Source: a virus
Reading direction: 5' to 3' (one strand)
Length of the DNA: 64,000 nt
Virus record (IMG/VR): IMGVR_UViG_3300022890_000019
Location: 1-64,000 of that record
Shown here piece by piece: positions 1-10,058 of this stretch; the first letter of the stretch is position 1; each line of letters opens with the position of its first letter. The notes under the pieces are model-generated. The model saw only the letters and a program-made list of their open reading frames with translations, had not been told where the DNA came from and did no database searches. Made by a program: the position numbers and the translations under genes.

Positions 1-1281
1 CCTATCCTAAAAGCTGTCTTCTTTTATAAAGAATCACACCAGAAAATATTTAAAGCTATTAAGTCCTTATTCGATGCTGACGAACCTGTAGATATCCTTA
101 CCGTTGTCAACAAGCTTAAAGAAAGTGGAGAATTAGAACTTGTTGGTGGTGCTTATACTGTTACTCAGCTTACCAATAAGGTAACTTCTTATGCTGCTAA
201 TGTAGACTATCATACCCGTATTGTACAGCAAAAGTATATTCAGCGTGAAATTATCTCTCAATGTTCTAATCTTATCAAAGATGCCTATGAAGACACAGAA
301 GATGTATTTGACACCTTAGAGACTGCTATAGATACGTTAGAAGGATTAGACCCTAGTAACACTGCAGGAAATGCTTTAGATGCTATAACAGTAAGCCAAG
401 ATGCTATTGATATGTTTAATGATAATACCCAGAGAGAATACTTCTATAAGACTGGTAACAAACAATTAGATGCTCTTATGGGTATTACTCATAGCAAGAT
501 AGCTCTGTTAGGTGGTGCTAATGGTGATGGTAAGACACGTTTTACTTCTTACCTGCTAAAGTGTCTCTTTAAGATCCATGGTGATAAGATAGCTGCCAGA
601 CATCATACCTTAGAAGATAGCTCTACAGAAATGTTAATGAACTATCTAGCCTCTGAAGTCCATATGAAGACTAAAGATATCCAGATGAAGAAGTTTGGTC
701 CTGAGACTAAGAATAAGATCATTAAGTCTTTGGAAGAGTTTCAGAAGTATGACATAGAATATGTAGAGCAGTGGGATAAGATTAAAAACATCACTAAGCA
801 GTTCGAATATTTCTGTAAGAAGAGACCCGATAAGCTTAACATTTTAGTGATAGATAATGTACTCTCCCTGAAAGACCGTGAGGACTTCAAAGGTAGAGAG
901 AACTCTATGTATGACTTTATATGCTCAGAGATACTAGCTTGTAGACAGAAGACTAAAGGATTTATCTTTGTAGTACATCACTATAATGATGACCAGGTAC
1001 ATTCAGATAGGATTAAGACAGGCTATATGCCTACTGAGAAACACCTGAAAGGTACTGAAGCCTTCCGGAGGATCTCTAACTATATTCTATTATCTAATAA
1101 CCCAGGCAGGAGGAAAGACCTACTGATGGATTATAATGAAGATATGAGAAGACTGCTTACCCGAATGTTTATCCTAGAAGGTGTGAAGATCAGAAATGAT
1201 AACACCGATGCTCTAAAGAACATTATACACTTTTTTAAAACACTAGACTATAATATATTTGAGGAGATACACGAATCATGA
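1..1281 (+). CDS. dnaB: Replicative DnaB-family helicase (5'-truncated; frame open from base 1)
   Basis: Frame 1 reads PILKAVFFYKESHQKIFKAI...PVDILTVVNKLKESGELELVGGAY...AANVDYHTRIV (DnaB N-domain), then Walker A GGANGDGKT, Walker B ILVIDN and a C-terminal KIRN. Confidence 0.9.
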   Translation, partial: PILKAVFFYKESHQKIFKAIKSLFDADEPVDILTVVNKLKESGELELVGGAYTVTQLTNKVTSYAANVDYHTRIVQQKYIQREIISQCSNLIKDAYEDTEDVFDTLETAIDTLEGLDPSNTAGNALDAITVSQDAIDMFNDNTQREYFYKTGNKQLDALMGITHSKIALLGGANGDGKTRFTSYLLKCLFKIHGDKIAARHHTLEDSSTEMLMNYLASEVHMKTKDIQMKKFGPETKNKIIKSLEEFQKYDIEYVEQWDKIKNITKQFEYFCKKRPDKLNILVIDNVLSLKDREDFKGRENSMYDFICSEILACRQKTKGFIFVVHHYNDDQVHSDRIKTGYMPTEKHLKGTEAFRRISNYILLSNNPGRRKDLLMDYNEDMRRLLTRMFILEGVKIRNDNTDALKNIIHFFKTLDYNIFEEIHES

Positions 1282-1499
1282 AAAAACCTAAAGAGTTAAA
1301 AATTAAAAAATGTCCTTTTGGATGTGATGAAGATGTTAAGCTTGTTAAAGAAAATCAAAAGTTTATATCTAATGGAAAAGTCTATAAAGGAAAGAGATGG
1401 GTTTATAAGTGTCCTAATTGTAAAGAAGGTTTTACAACAACTGAAAGTGATACCATAAGTATGAATAATTTAAAAGTATTAAACTTTAATAAAGATTAA
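1278..1499 (+). CDS. Small zinc-ribbon protein (YgiT-type-like)
   Basis: CPFGC...YKCPNCKEGFTT; overlaps the dnaB stop (ATGA). Confidence 0.6.
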   Translation: MKKPKELKIKKCPFGCDEDVKLVKENQKFISNGKVYKGKRWVYKCPNCKEGFTTTESDTISMNNLKVLNFNKD

Positions 1500-1501
1500 T
1501 T

Positions 1502-1783
1502 ATGAATAACATTGAGATAATCAAAAAACAAAATGAACTCATAAAGAAGCTCTTTAAGATGGTTACTGAACCTACTATTGAAATAGCTAAACAGGTGTCT
1601 ACAGTACACGATGAAGCTAATACGGTAATAGAAGCCTCTTCTGACGATAAAAAGGCTGATGTGGTAGATAGTACCAAAAAAGAGAGAAAGTCTTCTGACA
1701 AGGCGGAAAAGGTGGAGAAAAAACCCAAAGAGGACTTACCTCCAATATCCGAACCTAAGAAAGAGAAAAAAAGGATGTTCTAA
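1502..1783 (+). CDS. Hypothetical protein
   Basis: 93-aa ORF in a tightly packed operon; charged low-complexity C-terminus. Confidence 0.6.
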   Translation: MNNIEIIKKQNELIKKLFKMVTEPTIEIAKQVSTVHDEANTVIEASSDDKKADVVDSTKKERKSSDKAEKVEKKPKEDLPPISEPKKEKKRMF

Positions 1784-1998
1784 TGGAAGAGACTAAAATC
1801 TATGTAATAGATCTTAACCTGCCTCCCTATGGTATAGGTGAGGAATTAAAAATGCCTATCGATGAAGGCTTTGATATTAAAGCTTTTAAAGAAGTAGCAG
1901 AAGAGCAAGGAGGTGTATATACCCTTGAAGGCTTTGAGTATGCTTATAATAATGAGCTTATCCCTTACGATTCATACATACAAATCATAAACAAGTAA
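1783..1998 (+). CDS. Hypothetical protein
   Basis: 71-aa ORF, TAATG-coupled; motif AEEQGGVYTLEGFEYAYN. Confidence 0.65.
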   Translation: MEETKIYVIDLNLPPYGIGEELKMPIDEGFDIKAFKEVAEEQGGVYTLEGFEYAYNNELIPYDSYIQIINK

Positions 1999-2000
1999 CC

Positions 2001-3080
2001 ATGAACACAGAAATAGACATATTACAGAACAAGCTTGAGAACTATATCAATATAGGAGAGAGAAAAGCTAATGTAACTATGAGAAAAATCATTGACGAGA
2101 AACTAGCTCTAAGAGACTATATAGCTCCCTGTAACAAAATAGCATTTCAGAGTAATGGTAGATTAAATTGTAGCTTAGGAGGTGGAGAACCTTTTTCAGT
2201 ACATGACAATGCTATCAGTCAAGCAGCTACTAAAATGAATGTTCCTACCACTTATCTACGTAATCTAGCTAAAGGTAAAGAACAGTGGGAAAGAGATCTT
2301 TCTGCTGATATCCTTAACAAACACTTTGACAATACTTCCAGAGAAAGGATGTTGGTAAGAAGTGTTAACGGTGAGATAAGAGGGATGCTCTCTGACAGAT
2401 ACAAGAAGTTTGACTCTCTCAAGCTATATACTACCTTTCTGGAAATAGCAAGAAAATCAGGATGCAAGATAGCCCGTTCTCATAAAGCAGATACCAGAGG
2501 ATACATAGAAGTAGTAAAGCCAGAGATACACAATATCGTTACCGAAAATAATGGTACTGTCAATATGGTCATAGGTGCCAGGATACGTAACAGTGACTTT
2601 GGCAATGGTGCTTTAGATGTCTCTATGTTTCAGCTTAATGTTGTATGTCTTAACGGACTTACCACTAAGAAGGTTATGCGTAATGTACATCTAGGAGCTA
2701 AATTACCAGACGATATCACTCTATCTGATGCAACATACCAGGCAGATACAGAACTAAAAGCTCTGGTAATCAAAGATGCTATTAAAGCTCTATTTTCTAG
2801 TGCTACTATCGAAGAAGAGATGGCTAGAATATCTAATGCTTCTAGCAAAGTGATAAAGATAGATACAGAGATCAAGAAGCTACAGCCTATGGGAGTACAG
2901 AAGTCAGAAATAGCTGCTTTAGAAGGCCTATTAATGAATAATGATCCTAATGATGGGATACAAGGTAAAGCTACTATGTGGAAGATGATACAAGGTATCA
3001 CCGCAGTAGCACGTAACTGTGACAATGAAGAACGTAAGAGAGACCTGGAGGAAACAGCCGGGGTATTATTGTATAAATAA
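2001..3080 (+). CDS. DUF932/DUF945-like phage protein
   Basis: LSDRY..., IRNSDFGNGAL, VVCLNG and RNVHLG motifs typical of the family. Confidence 0.75.
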   Translation: MNTEIDILQNKLENYINIGERKANVTMRKIIDEKLALRDYIAPCNKIAFQSNGRLNCSLGGGEPFSVHDNAISQAATKMNVPTTYLRNLAKGKEQWERDLSADILNKHFDNTSRERMLVRSVNGEIRGMLSDRYKKFDSLKLYTTFLEIARKSGCKIARSHKADTRGYIEVVKPEIHNIVTENNGTVNMVIGARIRNSDFGNGALDVSMFQLNVVCLNGLTTKKVMRNVHLGAKLPDDITLSDATYQADTELKALVIKDAIKALFSSATIEEEMARISNASSKVIKIDTEIKKLQPMGVQKSEIAALEGLLMNNDPNDGIQGKATMWKMIQGITAVARNCDNEERKRDLEETAGVLLYK

Positions 3081-3096
3081 CTAACAAATTAAACAG

Positions 3097-3567
3097 ATGA
3101 GTAAAAAAAGAGAATACACTATCCAAGAGATAGCTAAGATGGCAGAAGTAACAGTAGAAACTATTGTTGACAGTATCCGTAACGATGAAAGATCTAGAAC
3201 TAAGATATTTCAAACTCAGAAGAATTCTAAAGCAGCAGAAACAGAATACCTGGAAATGCTTGTAAGAGGATATGAAGCTAAGAAAGTCTTAGGAATGATT
3301 GATAAGGAAAATATGGACTTGCTACATAATATTATCCAAGAGGTGACTATGATGCTCAATACCCATGAAGAAGAAGAGAAAGTTTCTAAGCCTGCCCAGA
3401 AGATCATTGAAGCTAAGATTGTAAAGATCTATACCTATTTCAATATGGAGCTACCTAAAGAAACTGAACCACAAGTAAAAGATGGTGGTGATATAGATCC
3501 TGGTGCTCTTAATTCAACTATGAAAGTAGAGCAAGGAGGAAAGAAAGATGGATCAGAAGACAAATAA
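3097..3567 (+). CDS. Protein with N-terminal helix-turn-helix
   Basis: YTIQEIAKMAEVTVETI resembles an HTH. Confidence 0.55.
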   Translation: MSKKREYTIQEIAKMAEVTVETIVDSIRNDERSRTKIFQTQKNSKAAETEYLEMLVRGYEAKKVLGMIDKENMDLLHNIIQEVTMMLNTHEEEEKVSKPAQKIIEAKIVKIYTYFNMELPKETEPQVKDGGDIDPGALNSTMKVEQGGKKDGSEDK

Positions 3568-3829
3568 TACATTGCTGGTAAAAGCTGTTCAGAAAAGGAC
3601 AGAGGTAATGCAGAAAATGATTGATAACTATACTGATACTGATTGGGGAGAATATGTAGCCCTTGACAGTGTTATCAATACCCTGAAAGAAGAAGTTGAT
3701 TTCATAGAAGAATTGACTAAACAGATAGCTGAAGATATAGCTCATGACATAATTACTAATAATACTGAATTACAAACAAAGCTTGAAATTTCAAACTATA
3801 TAATAAATACCTATGGAAAGAACGATTAG
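3548..3829 (+). CDS. Hypothetical helical protein
   Basis: 93-aa ORF overlapping both neighbours. Confidence 0.6.
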   Translation: MDQKTNNTLLVKAVQKRTEVMQKMIDNYTDTDWGEYVALDSVINTLKEEVDFIEELTKQIAEDIAHDIITNNTELQTKLEISNYIINTYGKND

Positions 3830-5198
3830 TATAATAAATATAAAGAAGCATAAGAATACTGAATTCAAACTAGAAGATCAGTTTATTGCTTTTATAGGAA
3901 AGAACAGATCAGGGAAATCTACTGTTGGCCAGGTAATACAGACTATCATGCAGGTAAAAGGCTTTATGGTAGATCCTGTAAGCCATGGAGAAGAAGAAGG
4001 AGAAGTAACCTACAAAGGAGAAGACCGGGAAGGTAACCCTATAGTTATTAAATGGACTACCAAAGGTGGTAAGAGTAATTTCAAAGCTACTAGGCTAGAT
4101 AGTGAAGGTAAGAATAAGTCCATCACCGGTGTAGAAGAAATACGCAAGCTAATTGGCACTTATTGCCCTTATAGTACACACGATGCTCTTACTATGATGA
4201 ATAGTACCGATGGAAGAAAGAAGTTCTATAACAACGTAGTTTCTCTCTGTTTGACTCCTGAAGAGAATGATGAGATTGCTTTTTTAGACATAGATATCTC
4301 TCAGAAGAGAAATCAGGATACTGAAGGCAACTCTTTCCATACCCGGACACAGAAGAAGAGTGACCTAGCAACTAAGGAAGCTATTATCAAGCAAAGTCTC
4401 TCTGAAGATGAAAAAGAACTTCTTGAAAATGAAGAGAAGATAAAAAAGTCTTTAGCAGAGATGAGGAAGTCACATGTAGAAATTAAACAATATGAAACAC
4501 TTATTGAACTTGATCGGATAGAAATAACTTCAATAGAAACATGTACTTACTCTATGGAACATGACTTTGAAAATGTTTCTGGATTGAGTCTTGCCAGTAA
4601 TGAAGCTTTTCATTTATTTCTTAGTAGTACTATAGATGATATCAAAAAGTTTAATGAAACTATAGAAGCTACCGGTGGAAAAATAATCGATATCATAAAT
4701 CAGTACAGAGAAGAAGATGAGATAGAGTTTAATATCGAAGAAGTCATTGAAAGTGGTGTAGCTATGGTATCCAAGATAGATACTATCAAAGAGTCTCAGA
4801 CTAAGCTTAATATTACCAAAAAGGAGATTCTAACTCTTAACCAAGATATTGAGAAGCTTGATGCTAAGATCACTGATGCCAGGGAAAGGAAAGCTGAAAT
4901 TATCAGTAACTCCGAATTACCTGCAGGACTTACTATCGATGAAGAGTACCGCTTGAGTCTTGACGGTTTCCTATTTGATGAGACAAGTACCTCAGATAGC
5001 CAGAGTAAGCTTGCTATGGTTAAGCTATTGGACAAAGTATCTACTGCCGACTTTATTGATATTGGTGACTGGTCTTTGTTTGATACAGCTGCTAAGAAAG
5101 AGATCCAGGAGACCTTTAAAGGGAAAGATAGAATTATCATTGGTCAGTTAGTAACTGAAGATGCAGAAGTAAAAACTAAAGTTATTATCGATGAGTAA
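3813..5198 (+). CDS. SMC/Rad50-like coiled-coil P-loop ATPase
   Basis: N-terminal Walker A GKNRSGKS, long coiled coil, degenerate signature (TSDSQ) and Walker B region. Confidence 0.75.
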   Translation: MERTISIINIKKHKNTEFKLEDQFIAFIGKNRSGKSTVGQVIQTIMQVKGFMVDPVSHGEEEGEVTYKGEDREGNPIVIKWTTKGGKSNFKATRLDSEGKNKSITGVEEIRKLIGTYCPYSTHDALTMMNSTDGRKKFYNNVVSLCLTPEENDEIAFLDIDISQKRNQDTEGNSFHTRTQKKSDLATKEAIIKQSLSEDEKELLENEEKIKKSLAEMRKSHVEIKQYETLIELDRIEITSIETCTYSMEHDFENVSGLSLASNEAFHLFLSSTIDDIKKFNETIEATGGKIIDIINQYREEDEIEFNIEEVIESGVAMVSKIDTIKESQTKLNITKKEILTLNQDIEKLDAKITDARERKAEIISNSELPAGLTIDEEYRLSLDGFLFDETSTSDSQSKLAMVKLLDKVSTADFIDIGDWSLFDTAAKKEIQETFKGKDRIIIGQLVTEDAEVKTKVIIDE

Positions 5199-5979
5199 AG
5201 TAGCAATACATACTAATTTTAAGTATCTCAGTGATGGAAGAAAGGTAATTGTCATTGGAGATCTTAACGACTCTGAAAAGATAGTACAGGAAATATTTGT
5301 AACTGAAGGAGGTGCTGAAATACCAAGTGGTAAAAACTTTACAGCTACCAACCTTCATGATACTCCTGTGCTATCCTGGAAGGAAAAGAGGATTAAGAAA
5401 GTTGATGAAATATATACCAGACAGGTAAAGGAAAGAGAAGAAGAGATGCGGAAGTTAAGAAAAACACATGCATCTATAGTTTCAGTCTTTCGAGAGAAGA
5501 TGAAGTACATGAATAATGTATGTGAAAAGCTTGATCCTTCAGTCTTTGATCTTCTTACTGACTATATAGCAGGTGAAATAAAGTATATTGTTATAAGTCA
5601 ATATGATCCTGAAATAATTTCTATGGATACTTTTAATGAAGCTTATGAAGGAGGATTAAGGCTTATATCTTTCTTTGGAAGGGATGATGGTACTTTTACC
5701 TATGCAATAGGTGATTATTCTGATTATTCTGGTAGTAATAAAAAGTTTATTCCTTGTAGAACAAAAAAAGAAGCTATTGAGGTTTTTACAAAATTGTTAT
5801 TGTCTAAGCTAAAAGTAAACAATTATTTAATTAAGAAAGCTAAGGAGTATAAAATACAACTTGATCCTGAAAAAGTTAAAACATTTAAAGATGAACAAAT
5901 AGCAAGTATTAATAAGAATATATTAAACTATAAAGATAGTATTGCTTCATGGAAATCCTTACTTAAAAAACTAAAATGA
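5191..5979 (+). CDS. Hypothetical phage protein
   Basis: 262-aa ORF; KYLSDGRKVIVIG...IVQEIFVT...EIPSG N-terminus. Confidence 0.7.
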   Translation: MSKVAIHTNFKYLSDGRKVIVIGDLNDSEKIVQEIFVTEGGAEIPSGKNFTATNLHDTPVLSWKEKRIKKVDEIYTRQVKEREEEMRKLRKTHASIVSVFREKMKYMNNVCEKLDPSVFDLLTDYIAGEIKYIVISQYDPEIISMDTFNEAYEGGLRLISFFGRDDGTFTYAIGDYSDYSGSNKKFIPCRTKKEAIEVFTKLLLSKLKVNNYLIKKAKEYKIQLDPEKVKTFKDEQIASINKNILNYKDSIASWKSLLKKLK

Positions 5980-6761
5980 AACCTCAACAGATAGTAAAGA
6001 CACTAAAGACCGTATTTGGTAAATACTTTGATACAATAGATCCTGAATTAAAGGAACTTATAACTAAGTACGGTTACGTTACAGGAGGAGCAATCCCCTG
6101 TATGATAAATGGTGATTATGTTAACGACTATGATGTGTATTTTTCTAATAAAGAAACTGCAGATCATGTATTAGCATATTACCAGGGACTTATATTGAGA
6201 AGGCCTGATGCTATAGAAACTGATTTAGGTCTTGGATTTAAAAGCTATACTTATACTGAAGAATATGAAAACACTTATCTTCCTAAGTTTATTTCTCCTA
6301 ATGCAGTAACATTATATTCTAAGCCTACTATTCAGCTCATGGTAGGATTCTATGGTCAGCCTAAAAAGGTAACTGATGCCTTCGACTGGCTACATATTAA
6401 ATCTTATTTCTGCTTTGAAGATATGAAGTTAAGAATGCTTCCTAGAACATACGAACTGTTACTTGATAAAAACTTAATCTATACAGGTAGTGATTACCCT
6501 CTATCTTCTCTCTTACGCACTCGTAAGTATATGAAAAGAGGATGGTCTATATCTGCTCATGAGATGGCTAAGATAGCCCTTGAGATGCAAAAACATGATC
6601 TTACCAACAAAGAACAGCTTATCGCTCAGATGTCTGGTATTGATCCATTATATATTGCAGAGCAGTTACAGAATCTTTCTTCTAACGCTTTGAGTATCGA
6701 TGAGAGAATCAACGAGCTAGAAGGGCTAATCAACGAGGAAGACACATGGACACTAATATGA
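5976..6761 (+). CDS. Pol-beta superfamily nucleotidyltransferase-like protein
   Basis: YVTGGAI...VNDYDVYF (hG[GS]...DxD), later FDWLH and RTRKYMKRGW. Confidence 0.75.
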   Translation: MKPQQIVKTLKTVFGKYFDTIDPELKELITKYGYVTGGAIPCMINGDYVNDYDVYFSNKETADHVLAYYQGLILRRPDAIETDLGLGFKSYTYTEEYENTYLPKFISPNAVTLYSKPTIQLMVGFYGQPKKVTDAFDWLHIKSYFCFEDMKLRMLPRTYELLLDKNLIYTGSDYPLSSLLRTRKYMKRGWSISAHEMAKIALEMQKHDLTNKEQLIAQMSGIDPLYIAEQLQNLSSNALSIDERINELEGLINEEDTWTLI

Positions 6762-7003
6762 CAATAAGCTTAGAGCAGCAATTTAAGGAGATGTTTGGAT
6801 TTAAGCCTCCTCTTTCAGAGGTAGCAATTATCTCTAAAGGCATCTCCTTAGATTTGTTTAAATTAGAGGAATTATTACAAGCCAAAGACCCATCATTTAA
6901 CCTTGATGACTATGAACAGGCTTCCCTGTTCAGGTATATCAAAGAGAAATACGGAAAGAAGTCTATTGGTATTATTAACAAACTATTAAAATTGAAACAA
7001 TGA
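6746..7003 (+). CDS. Hypothetical protein
   Basis: 85-aa ORF in operon. Confidence 0.6.
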   Translation: MDTNMTISLEQQFKEMFGFKPPLSEVAIISKGISLDLFKLEELLQAKDPSFNLDDYEQASLFRYIKEKYGKKSIGIINKLLKLKQ

Positions 7004-7605
7004 AAGAAGGAAAATTAGTTAGTGCAAATCCTAATATGGCTAATGATGGAGATCAGAGAAATTGGCATAGTGACAAGTTTGATCAGAGATACTATGAGTT
7101 TATACTAGAATTTGATAATGGTGACAAGGGTGTTGCTAGTAGTAAGAATGAAGGTACATATACTTATAGTGCAGGCAGTGAGCTTTCCTATAACATCAAA
7201 GATACTTCTGAAGGTAAATATTTGCCCAAGATCAGTGGTGTCAAGAAAAAAGAAGGTGGTAACTTTGGTGGAGGTGGAGGTGGTTCTTCCTATAATGATC
7301 CTAGCAACAACCTACGTATGGCTATGAGTACTGCTCAGGAGAGTGCTGTAATTGCTTTTAAAGCTTTTATGCCTAATGTCAAAGAAGTGGAAGACATCAA
7401 TAATATGAGTGATTTCTTCTATGCTTGGGTAAGTGACCATGGAAAGATCATAGATAGAGATACACTCTCAAAGAGATGGTATGCTCTTGACAAAGCAGTA
7501 AAATGTATTGAGTTTAAGGAAATGAAGGTAGACACTTCAGATAAGATCCTGGATGTAGCTGAGAAGTTCCTAAGTGCAGTAATGAAAATAAATCATGAAA
7601 AATAG
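7000..7605 (+). CDS. Putative single-stranded DNA-binding protein (OB-fold, Gly-rich linker)
   Basis: Beta-rich N-terminus with aromatic residues, GGNFGGGGGG linker; lies next to a recombination nuclease. Confidence 0.5.
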   Translation: MKEGKLVSANPNMANDGDQRNWHSDKFDQRYYEFILEFDNGDKGVASSKNEGTYTYSAGSELSYNIKDTSEGKYLPKISGVKKKEGGNFGGGGGGSSYNDPSNNLRMAMSTAQESAVIAFKAFMPNVKEVEDINNMSDFFYAWVSDHGKIIDRDTLSKRWYALDKAVKCIEFKEMKVDTSDKILDVAEKFLSAVMKINHEK

Positions 7606-8578
7606 TTATCAGAAGTATATAGACCTAGTTGAAAAGGCTATTAGGCTCACTCCTACCAAACGATCTATCGAGGTAGGGGTGAAGACACCCAAAACATCTA
7701 AAGAGACCTCTGAGAGACTTCCAGTGATGATACTTGATCCTAACGATGAAATTATAGAGCTAAATATTAGTCAGTCTCTTATAAAGGAGATGTTTTTCAA
7801 AGGAGATAAGAAAGAATATTGTCCTAAGAGACTCTATCATACTACTATTATTAAAGATATCCCTAGAGAAGAGACACTAGCTATGTCTAAAGGAAACTTC
7901 TTTGAGACATTAGTATTAGGATCTTCTGCCAACGGTGGACAAACTCTTGACCTTCCTAGGAAAAAAAATAATGAGAAGACTATAGATCAGGTACGCATAG
8001 AGGAACAGATAGACATGTTCCCAGAGATATGTAAAAGATATGGTATTATTATTATCAAAGATGGAGTTAACTGTAACGTACAAAGGAAATTTAGGAAAGA
8101 GATAGAGCTAGACAGAAACTTTAAAATCTTTCTGACGATGACCTGGGATATCATTACACCCTATAAATATGGAGAGATCGCCAAAGATGCTGCCATTGTA
8201 GACATCAAGCTTACCAAGACAGTACATAGTGATTATCAGCCTTACTGTTGGGGTATGCCTCATATGATGGACCATATACAGGCCTTTGTTTATTCCTTTG
8301 CTTCTGGACTACCTTTTGCTTACCTGGTATTTGATTATAAGTCTACCGAGAGAGAGCATAAGTTTATCCCTGTTAATACAGATGTTAATCATCCTGACAG
8401 AAAGAAAGCTAAAGAAGCTCTGGCAAGGAAGACAGAGATGTTTGAAGTGATCCGGAAAGCCTGTACCGATATAGAGACATATCACAGGGTAGGCTGGCAT
8501 ACAGAACCTAATTATTATAACTGTAAGGATTGTCCTATACTAGACTGTGTAGACAAAAACAAAAATCAAGAGATATGA
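7595..8578 (+). CDS. Cas4/AddB-like PD-(D/E)XK exonuclease with probable Fe-S cluster
   Basis: YCP near the N-terminus, WDII...IVDIK, QAFVY, C-terminal CKDCPILDC. Confidence 0.75.
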   Translation: MKNSYQKYIDLVEKAIRLTPTKRSIEVGVKTPKTSKETSERLPVMILDPNDEIIELNISQSLIKEMFFKGDKKEYCPKRLYHTTIIKDIPREETLAMSKGNFFETLVLGSSANGGQTLDLPRKKNNEKTIDQVRIEEQIDMFPEICKRYGIIIIKDGVNCNVQRKFRKEIELDRNFKIFLTMTWDIITPYKYGEIAKDAAIVDIKLTKTVHSDYQPYCWGMPHMMDHIQAFVYSFASGLPFAYLVFDYKSTEREHKFIPVNTDVNHPDRKKAKEALARKTEMFEVIRKACTDIETYHRVGWHTEPNYYNCKDCPILDCVDKNKNQEI

Positions 8579-9189
8579 TAGATTTTAACGAGCTAAACTT
8601 TGGTAATACAGACTCCAAAGAGGAAATCTATTTCCATTGGTTTCTACAAGAACTAATAGAAAGAGGATATATCAAAAAGGTAGAATACCATAAAGCATCT
8701 TTTGACTTACTACCACCGGTAAAGATACCCTGGTATAAGAAGATGAAAACTAAGATAGTCACTGAGCAAGCTTCTCTTCTTAGAGGACATATATACACTC
8801 CTGACTACTGGATAACCTGGGACCTTTCTGCCAGAGATCTATTCTATATTCCTATTGGTACCTTAAAGCCCTATGAGAAGTCTCCCTTTAATAATAAGTC
8901 ACTTATGAAGGCTCAGGTCATAGATGAAGAGATCGTAACGATAATGGACGTTAAAGGGTCGTTTATAGGTAATATAAGCAGCTCCTCTAAAGAGTCATAC
9001 CTCTTCTCTTTTAATCAGAAGATGGTATGGGATAAATATGGTATCTATATCCAGAAGGTAGTTATTCCTGACTTCTTCAAATATACCTTTACACCAAGGA
9101 GATTTCTTACTACCGATAAATCAGGAAAACCTAGAAAGATAAAATTTAAAGTAACTTTGCTCACCGAATATCTAAAAACTAACTTATAA
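8575..9189 (+). CDS. PD-(D/E)XK endonuclease (DUF1064-like)
   Basis: DSKEE...YTPDY...MDVKG; likely start is ATG 8575, overlapping the upstream stop. Confidence 0.65.
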   Translation: MIDFNELNFGNTDSKEEIYFHWFLQELIERGYIKKVEYHKASFDLLPPVKIPWYKKMKTKIVTEQASLLRGHIYTPDYWITWDLSARDLFYIPIGTLKPYEKSPFNNKSLMKAQVIDEEIVTIMDVKGSFIGNISSSSKESYLFSFNQKMVWDKYGIYIQKVVIPDFFKYTFTPRRFLTTDKSGKPRKIKFKVTLLTEYLKTNL

Positions 9190-9455
9190 TGCTTCTAATA
9201 ACAGGTATCATAATTCTTAACAAGTCTACAGGTAAAGAATATCCTAAAAAGAAAGTTCATATCTATGTACGTAACAAGAGTGAACTAGATGCTCTCAGAA
9301 AGATCCATACATTTAACTTCACTGTCTTATATGATACAGGCAAGGAACAGAAAGAGCCTGACAAGGTAGAAGTGTTCTATACTACTACTGAAAATCTAAA
9401 GATGCTGATACAAAAAGGAACTATCAGAGACCTTGACTATAACAAGCTAATATGA
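9189..9455 (+). CDS. Hypothetical protein
   Basis: 88-aa ORF, translationally coupled. Confidence 0.55.
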   Translation: MLLITGIIILNKSTGKEYPKKKVHIYVRNKSELDALRKIHTFNFTVLYDTGKEQKEPDKVEVFYTTTENLKMLIQKGTIRDLDYNKLI

Positions 9456-9516
9456 AATATCTAAAAGATCATACAGTCGTATATCTTATACAATAGTACT
9501 AACCAATATTAACTTT

Positions 9517-9798
9517 ATGAAAAGAATTCTCATATTGTTACTGTTTGTCTTTATCCAATACACCAATAGTTCAGAAGAAAATCCACCTATCAGAGAGTGG
9601 ATACTTGCCTACCAGGATGATGATGTTACTATCTATCATTCAGTAGATATTGTAGAGAAAGAATATAGCATCCCTAGAGAGAACCTAAAGCCTTTTATGG
9701 AGATAAATTTTAAAATATCTACAAAGAGTAATAAGGTGTATAAAGACCTAGTAGCACATTATAGGAATAAATCAGAAGAGTATATTAAATTCAAGTAA
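9517..9798 (+). CDS. Putative secreted or membrane-anchored protein
   Basis: MKRILILLLFVFIQ signal-like N-terminus. Confidence 0.55.
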   Translation: MKRILILLLFVFIQYTNSSEENPPIREWILAYQDDDVTIYHSVDIVEKEYSIPRENLKPFMEINFKISTKSNKVYKDLVAHYRNKSEEYIKFK

Positions 9799-9827
9799 AA
9801 TGAAGAACTTAATATTACCAGTTTGGA

Positions 9828-10055
9828 ATGAGTAAGGCAGATGAAAAGGCCAAATTACTGAAAGAGGAATTCAATAAATGTAGTGCCATAATGGAGAAGC
9901 TTCTTAAAGAGGAACCTTTCCCTATTAAAGGATATGTTCTAGCTGCTAATAGAAGCCTGGATATCCTTAATGCCTTATACGAACAAGGACATGTTCCAAA
10001 AGAAGATTTTAATAACTTTACATTATCAGAAATACCGATTTACTTAACAGACTAA
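9828..10055 (+). CDS. Hypothetical protein
   Basis: 75-aa ORF in operon. Confidence 0.55.
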   Translation: MSKADEKAKLLKEEFNKCSAIMEKLLKEEPFPIKGYVLAANRSLDILNALYEQGHVPKEDFNNFTLSEIPIYLTD

Positions 10056-10058
10056 ACT

